Assembly (NCBI RefSeq): GCF_009914755.1
Contig: NC_060930.1
Direction: 5' to 3' (one strand)
Origin: the human T2T-CHM13v2.0 reference genome, Homo sapiens
DNA length: 64,000 bases
The stretch's first letter is position 1. Each line of letters begins with the position of its first letter. A model generated the notes under the pieces. That model was not told the origin of the DNA. It ran no database searches and saw nothing but the letters and a program-made list of their open reading frames with translations. Positions 55,301 through 64,000 of this stretch are shown here, in pieces. A program made the translations under genes and the position numbers.

Positions 55301-55785
55301 TAGCTTAGAAAAAGACTCAGAAAAAAGAATACTATTGGTAAGAAAATCAACATGTATTTTGTCCTCATTAGGGGATTTTTCATTCATGACTTCCTTATAG
55401 CAGGACAAATACTAATCAAGCACTTTGAGACCTGCCAGGCAATTTGTTTTTAAATGCCTTCTAAAAATAGATAAAGAACAGAGAGATAACTAACTATTCA
55501 GGTAAAGTTAGAATTTCACTTAGGGACAAAAATGGGAATATAAGTCATTTTTTTAAAACTTTGATTTTTTGGTCTATTTTGAATTAGTCCCTATGACCAA
55601 TTCACTTCTTTTTTTTAAGGTTCTTGCCTGTTAAACGGGTCATTTTGTTTAAGATGTTTTCTTCCTGATTTCATAGAGCATTTTGCTCAGAATAGAATCC
55701 AAGTCTCACTAGTGTCTTAGAGCTCTGTTCATTTTATTGCAGGGCTGAAGTTATTTGGAAAGGAAAGGTTATGAGCTGTAAAATT

Positions 55786-56229
<444 letters not shown>

Positions 56230-56866
56230 TGAAACAGGTGGAGGACTAAAAATAGGTCCTCAAATACCTTTCTGCCATCAGTGTCACTAAAGCCCTGGCA
56301 CTGATTCCCTTCCTGGAATTAAAGTGAGTACAAGAAGAAATACATGATTTACCTTTTATTTTAAGGCACCAAAGCCAAGTCCCTGCACCCACAGTGTGCA
56401 AACAAATAGAAACAACAAAGTGTCAAGTGCACTGGATACCAATCAATCGACTTATCTGACCAATACTCCTAAAGACCAAGAGTATTCAAAAATTATTTCT
56501 AGAAAGAAGTGAATGTTTGATTTTTTTTTTTTTAAAGCAGTTAAGCACTTTTGGGACTGAAACAAAGGTACTAAAAGTAGGAAACAGAAGAAACCAGAGG
56601 AATATCGAATCTTGGAAAGGCCTTAGAAACCATCTCATTTTTAAGATTAGGAAAATTAAAGGCTAGAAAGTAGCTGAAGAAAGGTCAAGTGGGTAAAGTC
56701 ACACTTTCACCCAACCTGTCTCCACCCAACAGTGAATTCTCATGACTCTGGCCGTAGTTCTTGAAGGGTAGGTACAATTTAGGGCCATGAAACAGTCAAG
56801 TTACTGATCTCTATGGTAACAGTCTTCAGAGCACCTGATGGAAGCATTTCCATACAAGTCACACTT

Positions 56867-57050
56867 TATGTATTTATTTATTTTTGAGACAGGGTCTTTG
56901 CTCTGTCACCTAGGCTGGAGTGCAGTAGTGTGATCATAGCTCACTCCAGCCTTGAATTCCTGGCCTCAAGTAATCCTCTTCCAAAGTGCTGGAATTATAG
57001 TCAGTCTTCCAAAGTGCTGGAATTATAGATGTGAGCCACCCCACCCAGCC
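56867..57050 (-). mobile_element. Alu monomer with internal 24-bp duplication
   Basis: tcttccaaagtgctggaattatag at 56977-57000 and 57005-57028. Confidence 0.85.
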
Positions 57051-57784
57051 CAAATTATACTTTAAAGTGTAATGAATAATAACAATCAAAAACAGACATT
57101 TAAAATGATAGGTGTAAAGGACACATAATTTAGTGAACATGATATTGCAATTAAACCTCATTTTGGACACTCTCATGCAGCCAGCTTATTGAAGTGCATG
57201 TCTCAGTCTGCACCTGCCAGCTCATTCTGGGCCAGTCTCTGCTAAAGGAGTGCTGCTGAGGTGTGAACCGTTCCAAAGCTGGGCAGTGACCCTGTATCCT
57301 TTGCGGAATTTAGCATTCCACATTTCCGCATACTAGAGGCTGGTTTGATATTTGTGACATTGAATCAGCCATGTTATGTTGCACCTGCAGTGGGGAATAG
57401 AGAGGCTAGCAGGTTGGAAGGTAAACTTGGCCCAGGGACCTAAATTACTACTTTGGGGTAGAGCCAGGACCAGAGAGGGACCAGGTGGGATTGGTAGTTA
57501 CAGGTAAAGAGGGTACTCTGCAGGTGGGGAATGATCACATTTCCTGAACCTTGCTTTTGAGATAGGTCTTGATTGACAAATATTCTCTCTGGCTCTGGGA
57601 AATGTTGCCTCACTTTGTTTTCAGAACTCCCTTCCTGTGAGTCTCTGATGACAGCTCTTCTCATGCAGGTATAAGCCCTCCTGAGCGGGCAGGCATTCCC
57701 TGTGCTTGCATGTAAGACTGAGTCTTACACTTGGGAAAAAGTCTTGCACTTGGGAAAAAGAAAAAAACACATTGGTGTGCCAGA

Positions 57785-58752
57785 TATCAGGGGAACCTGC
57801 CCCCAATAATTCAACGTGAGTCCTTTTCTATTTTCCCTAAGTGTCGGCCAGTCTGAGAAATAAAGGAAAAGAGTACAAAAGAGAGAAATTTTAAAGCTGG
57901 TGTCCGGGGGGAGACATCACATGTCGGCAGGTTCTGTGATGCCCCCAAGCCGTAAAACCAGCAAGTTTTTATTAGCAGTTTTCAAAGGGGAGGGTGTTAC
58001 GAATAGGGTGTGGGTCACAGAGATCACATGCTTCAAGGGCGACAAAAGATCACAAGGCAGAAGGTCAGGGCGGGATCACAAGGTCAGGGCGAAACTAGAA
58101 CCACTAAAGAACTTCTGTGTCCCGCTGTGCACACATTGTCAGCGTTCAAGAGCAGAGAACCGGTCTGACTAGAATTCGCCAGGCTGGAATTTCCTAATCC
58201 TAGCAAGCCTGGGGGTGCTTCAGGAGACTAGGATGTGCTTCATCCCTATCTACATCTGCATAAGGCAGACACTCCTAGGGTGGCCATTTTAGAGGCCCCA
58301 CCCTGGGAATGCATTCTTTTCCCAGGGCTGTTAATTATTAATATTCCTTACTGGGGAAAGAATTCAGCAATATTTCTCTTACCCATTTTTGGTAATAAGA
58401 GAAATATGGCTCTGTCCTGTGCGGCCCACAGGCAGCCAAACTTTAAGGTTATCTCCCTTGTTCCCTGAAAATCGCTGTTATCCTGTTCTTAAGGTGCCCA
58501 GATTTCATATTGTTCAAACACACATGCTCTACAAACAATTTGTGCAGTTAACACAATCATCACAGGGCCCTGAAGCTACATACATCCTCAGCTTACGAAG
58601 ATGACAGGATTAAGAGATTAAAGACAGGCATAGGAAATCACAAGAATATTGATTGGAGAAGTGATAAATGTCCATGAAATCTTCACAATTTATGTTCTTC
58701 TGCCATGGCTTCAGCTGGTCCCTCTGTTCGGGGTCCCTGAGTTCCCGCAACA
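57785..58752 (-). mobile_element. MER11 solo LTR
   Basis: On -: TGTTGCGGGAACTCAGGGACCCC...TTCCCCTGATA; homologous to the LTRs at 14.9-17.1 kb but more diverged. Confidence 0.92.
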
Positions 58753-59729
58753 GGCCGTGGAGCTCAGGATACCTTAATTGTATTGGCCAGGTGAGCTTAG
58801 TTGATGTGGATCTGCTCGTGCAAGGTGAGTTGACCTTACTGTAGGCAGTAGGACATGTTCAGAGATCTGTAATTTCATTTGGTGGAATGTACAGTAACCT
58901 TGATAATTTGGTGACTAGAGAAAAATGGGTTTTTTGGGGGGAAAGAAGTGTATCAGAATTGTTTTATAACTAATTAGCCATTAAAATGAACCTGAAATAG
59001 TAGTATAGACATGCAAATTGTAGGACCACTCCTAAGTGTTGAGTATAATCATATTTATTGAATTAAGTCCTCATTAATTTAGCTTTATTTTCTTATGTTT
59101 GTTCCTGAGTGTGCCTAAGTGAGTCTTTCCCTCCTGCCCTGACGCTGCTTGGGCCCTCCTCTGTGTGCACACAGGGTGAGCGTGTGTGGGTGTGCATATC
59201 TCGTCAGCTGATATTATCCCTCTGGAGGAAAGGGGTGGTTCCACAGAGTTGACCGTACTGCTCCCAAACCAGGCCCTGCACCTGCATTGAGTCCTGGGTC
59301 TTCTGAGAACATGTTCTGATGTCCTTCCCTAGCCTGCCCTCCTGGAGTTCCCTCCTCAAGATGCACCTTCTCTCTTTCTAAGAGGAGAAAAGGTGACTCC
59401 GCTGAGTCCTACCTCCTCGACAAAGCGCCCTGACCACTTGGACCCAGTGATTCCAGAGAGTCCTTCGCAGGCCCTCATCCTTACTGTTTGTACCACTTGC
59501 TGGGCATATAACTTACTGCCTTCTGTTATTTTCAGGGATGTGTGCACATCTTGCATCTCTAGTTTAACAACGGTTGCTTGAGTTAGAGCCTTTGTGGGAT
59601 TGCTGAGCTGCTTGAGAGGGCACAAATGAAGCAAGACTGAGGAGTTAAAGAATTTTAAGGCTCTCTCTGTTTTTTTGTGTGTGTTTTTTTGTTTGTTTGT
59701 TTAAGCCTTTGCAGAGCCATGGATTTTCC

Positions 59730-61022
<1,293 letters not shown>

Positions 61023-61676
61023 AAGGCTCTTTCTATTTTGAAAGCATGTTTAAGAACTTGCTGCACTTTAAAAAGTTGAGTTTACATAAGTTTGTAATAT
61101 TTATCAACATGAGTCACATTTTCACTTTCTTGTTCATTTGCACACTTTAGATCTAAATGCCGAGAACTAGGTTTTTGTTTATATAGCCTCGGTTGTCTCT
61201 GGAAGGAAAAATAGTTCCACGTGCCTGATCCATTCAGAGATGTAATTGCATAGCCTACCTGGTAGCTTAAGCATATAAGTTTCCTAGAATAATGAGACAA
61301 CTAATGTACAATATGTGTTTTAAATTTTGTATTTGATACTTTAAATACAAATGCAAGACTGTGTGCTCAGTTGCCTATATTTACTGACTTCTTGAAAGGG
61401 TGGATTGAAGGCACCATGGCATAAAGAATGTAGGATTTGGACTCAGACCTTGAATCAGTTGTTAGTTCTGTCACCTACTAGCTGTATAATCTTCAACATG
61501 GCCCCTTAGCTGTAAAGCAAGGCTAAAAAATCATATAGGGCTGTTGTGAGGATTAAGTCGAATAATGTATATTTATTTCATATATAAAATATCTGGTACA
61601 GTGTTTGACCCTAAGAATAGGCTCAATAAATGATCACTGCTAGGCTTCCTATAGTGAACGATGAGATTAAAAATAA

Positions 61677-61677
<1 letters not shown>

Positions 61678-61706
<29 letters not shown>
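61678..61706. repeat. (TG)14 microsatellite
   Basis: Direct read. Confidence 0.95.
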
Positions 61707-61708
<2 letters not shown>

Positions 61709-62118
61709 GCACTGCCTCCACCAGGACAGCCCCCGGGTGATGTGTAGAGAATCTGTACCCACCACAGCAGGGAAAATGGAGGACAAAGGGGGTTCCTGTG
61801 ATGGCGTGTTCAGGGGCCTCCAGGAGGAGTAGGAGTTGTGCATGCTTGGAGCCCTGTGTGAGCGCGCCTGGGCTCTGTGTGTTCTTTGTCTATGAAGGGG
61901 AGGGGCTTTGACTCCACAGGGGAGGTTTGCTGTAGTTCCTGTCAAAGGGCTGAGCTAGACTGGAACTCAGATTCTGGTTGAAACTGTGTCCAAAATGGTG
62001 TTGTGATTTAGATTCTTCAAACTTGGTTAGTTAACTCATTGCTGGTCTGCTTTTTCTTTTCTTGTGTTTCTAACCAAGCCAAATGCAATGGAAGGTAATG
62101 CAGGGAAGGGAATGGTGA

Positions 62119-62464
62119 GTGTTACGGGCTGAACATTTGTGTTCCCTCCTAAATTCAGCTTAAACCTTAACCTCCAAAGTCATAGTGTTAGGAAGTGAGG
62201 CTTTGGGAAGTGATTTGGGTCATGAGGATGGAGCCATCACGAATGGCCTTCTTAGGCCCTAGAGAGCTCGCACCCTCTTTCCCTCACATGAGGATACAAG
62301 GAGAAGGTGGCCACCTGCAGCCCAGAAAAGAGCCCTTGTCACAGCCCCACCATGCTGGCCCCCTGATCTCAGACTTCCAGCCCCCAGGACTGTGGGAAAT
62401 AAATTTCTGTGGTTCATAGCTGCCTAGTCTGTGGTACTTTGCTATAGCAGCCTGAACTAAGACA
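62119..62464 (+). mobile_element. MLT1A-type MaLR LTR
   Basis: tgttacgggctgaacatttgtgttccc...ctatagcagcctgaactaagaca. Confidence 0.8.
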
Positions 62465-62596
62465 GGCAGGAAAAGACTAATGGCTCCTCACTGATTTAAA
62501 ATACTTTTAAAAAATCTATTGGGACAAATAGTTTGTCTTAAAATGAAAATACTAACAAAGTGAAGTGCATGGAGAAAATACTAATAAAATTAAGTA

Positions 62597-63918
62597 CATG
62601 TGGATGTCAGGCCCCTGAGCCCAAGCTAAGCCATCATATCCCCTGTGACCTGCACGTATACATCCAGATGGCCTGAAGCAACTGAAGATCCACAAAAGAA
62701 GTGAAAATAGCCTTAACTGATGACATTCCACCATCGTGATTTGTTTCTTCCCCACCCTAACTGATCAATGTACTTTGTAATCTCCCCCACCCTTAAGAAG
62801 TTTCTTTGTAATCTCCTCCACCCTTAAGAATGTTCTTTGTAATTCTCCCCACCCTTGAGAATGTTCTTTGTGAGATCCACCCCCTGCCCGCAAAACATTG
62901 CTCCTAACTCCACCACCTATCCCAAAACCTATAAGAACTAATGATAATGCCACCACCCTTTGCTGACTCCTTTTTCGGACTCAGCCCACCTGCACCCAGG
63001 TGAAATAAACAGCCTTGTTGCTCACACAAAGCCTGTGTGGTAGACTCTCTTCACACAGACGTGTGAGACAGCGGACTTTGTTTTACTGAGCTTCCCTTTA
63101 TTGGACTTTGCAGATAGTGTGTTTTTTACAAATTGAAGTTCCCGCATCAAGCAAGTCTTTCGGTGCCATGTTTTCAACAGCGTATATTCACTTTATATCT
63201 CTGTGGTACATTTTGGTAATTGTCACAATATTTCAAACTTTTTCATCATTATATCTTTTATGGTGATCAGTACTTTTTGATGTTACTGTTGTAATTGTTT
63301 CAGGGTGACACAAACTGTGTGCATATAAGACAGTGATCTTAGTAAATGTTGTATGTGTTATGACTGTTCCACCGGCTGGCCATTCCCCCATTTCCCTTTC
63401 TCCTTGAGCCTCGCTGTTGCCTGAGATGACAATATTGAAATTATGCCAGTGAATAACCCTACGGTGATCTCTAAGTGTTCAAGTGAAAGGAAGAATCACA
63501 GGTCTCTGACTTTAAATCAAAAGCTAGAAATGAGTAACTCAATGAGGAAGACATATCTAAAGCCGAGACAAGCTGAAAACCAGGCCTCTTGAGCCAAACT
63601 GTTAGCCAAGTTGTGAATGCAAAGGAAAAGTTTTTGAAGGAAATTAAAAGTGCTACTCCAGTGAACATGTGAATGATAAGAAAGCAAAACAGGCTTATTG
63701 CTGATATGGAGAAAGTTTTAGTGGTCTGGATGGAAGATCAAACAGCTCTAACATTTCTATAAGCCAAAGACTAATCCAAAGAATGTCCTAACTCTCTTTA
63801 ATTCTGTGAAGGCTGAGAGAGGTGAGGAAACTGTAGAAGAAAAGTTTGTAGCTAGCAGAGGTTGGTTCATGAGGTTTAAGGAAAGAAGCCATCTTTATAA
63901 CATAAAAGTGCAGGGTGA
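62597..63918 (+). mobile_element. Tigger1 5' part including decayed transposase N-terminus (interrupted by LTR7)
   Basis: ttgcagatagtgtgttttttacaaattgaag; 63470-63918 encodes Tigger1-like SKCSSERK...[34 protein letters not shown]. Confidence 0.88.
62605..63070 (+). mobile_element. LTR7 (HERV-H) solo LTR, probably LTR7B-like
   Basis: TGTCAGGCCCCTGAGCCCAAGCTAAGCCATC...GAGACA; U3 tandem tttgtaatctcccccacccttaagaa units; TATAAG at 62930; AATAAA at 63004; 5-bp TSD gtgga/gcgga. Confidence 0.93.
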
Positions 63919-64000
63919 ATGCAATGGTGCAATCATGGCTCACTGCAGCCTCAAACTCCTGGATTCAAGCAATCCTCCCTGCCTTAGCCTTCCAAGTAGC
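63919..64000 (-). mobile_element. Alu fragment running off the window
   Basis: tgcaatggtgcaatcatggctcactgcagcctcaaactcctgg. Confidence 0.85.

Noticed and set aside
63460-63918. Possible TIGD1-like domesticated transposase
   Set aside because: Start codon lost, in-frame stops, and truncation by an Alu; an ordinary Tigger1 fossil.

Overview
Hominid (most likely human) genomic DNA from the 5' part of TULP4 (Tubby-like protein 4), transcribed on the + strand. The only host coding sequence is the first coding segment (32672-32923, MYAAVEHGPVLCSDSN...LRGHNSE). It lies at the end of a 2218-nt, repeat-free exon with a strong acceptor at 30705/30706 and a phase-0 donor at 32923/32924, which is the architecture of the brain-enriched circular RNA circTULP4. 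A probable 116-nt non-coding upstream exon lies at 912-1027. The rest is intron dense with transposable elements: a multiply deleted antisense HERV-K11/HML-8-type provirus with MER11 LTRs (with a second MER11 solo LTR nested in its 3' LTR), a full-length antisense SVA with an 18-bp TSD, another MER11 solo LTR, a sense LTR7 (HERV-H) solo LTR inside the terminal repeat of a Tigger1, about 25 Alus, and L1, L2, MIR, MaLR, Charlie and Tigger fossils. I see no prokaryote-style system (no CRISPR, rRNA or tRNA) and no clearly novel gene. The best leads are the predicted back-splice peptides of circTULP4 (95 and 101 aa), the SVA/Alu pairing geometry around the circularising exon, the nested LTR, a 132-bp perfect palindrome and a bZIP site cluster. 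Repeat subfamily names are by-eye recognitions from recalled consensus sequences, and boundaries of old repeats are approximate.
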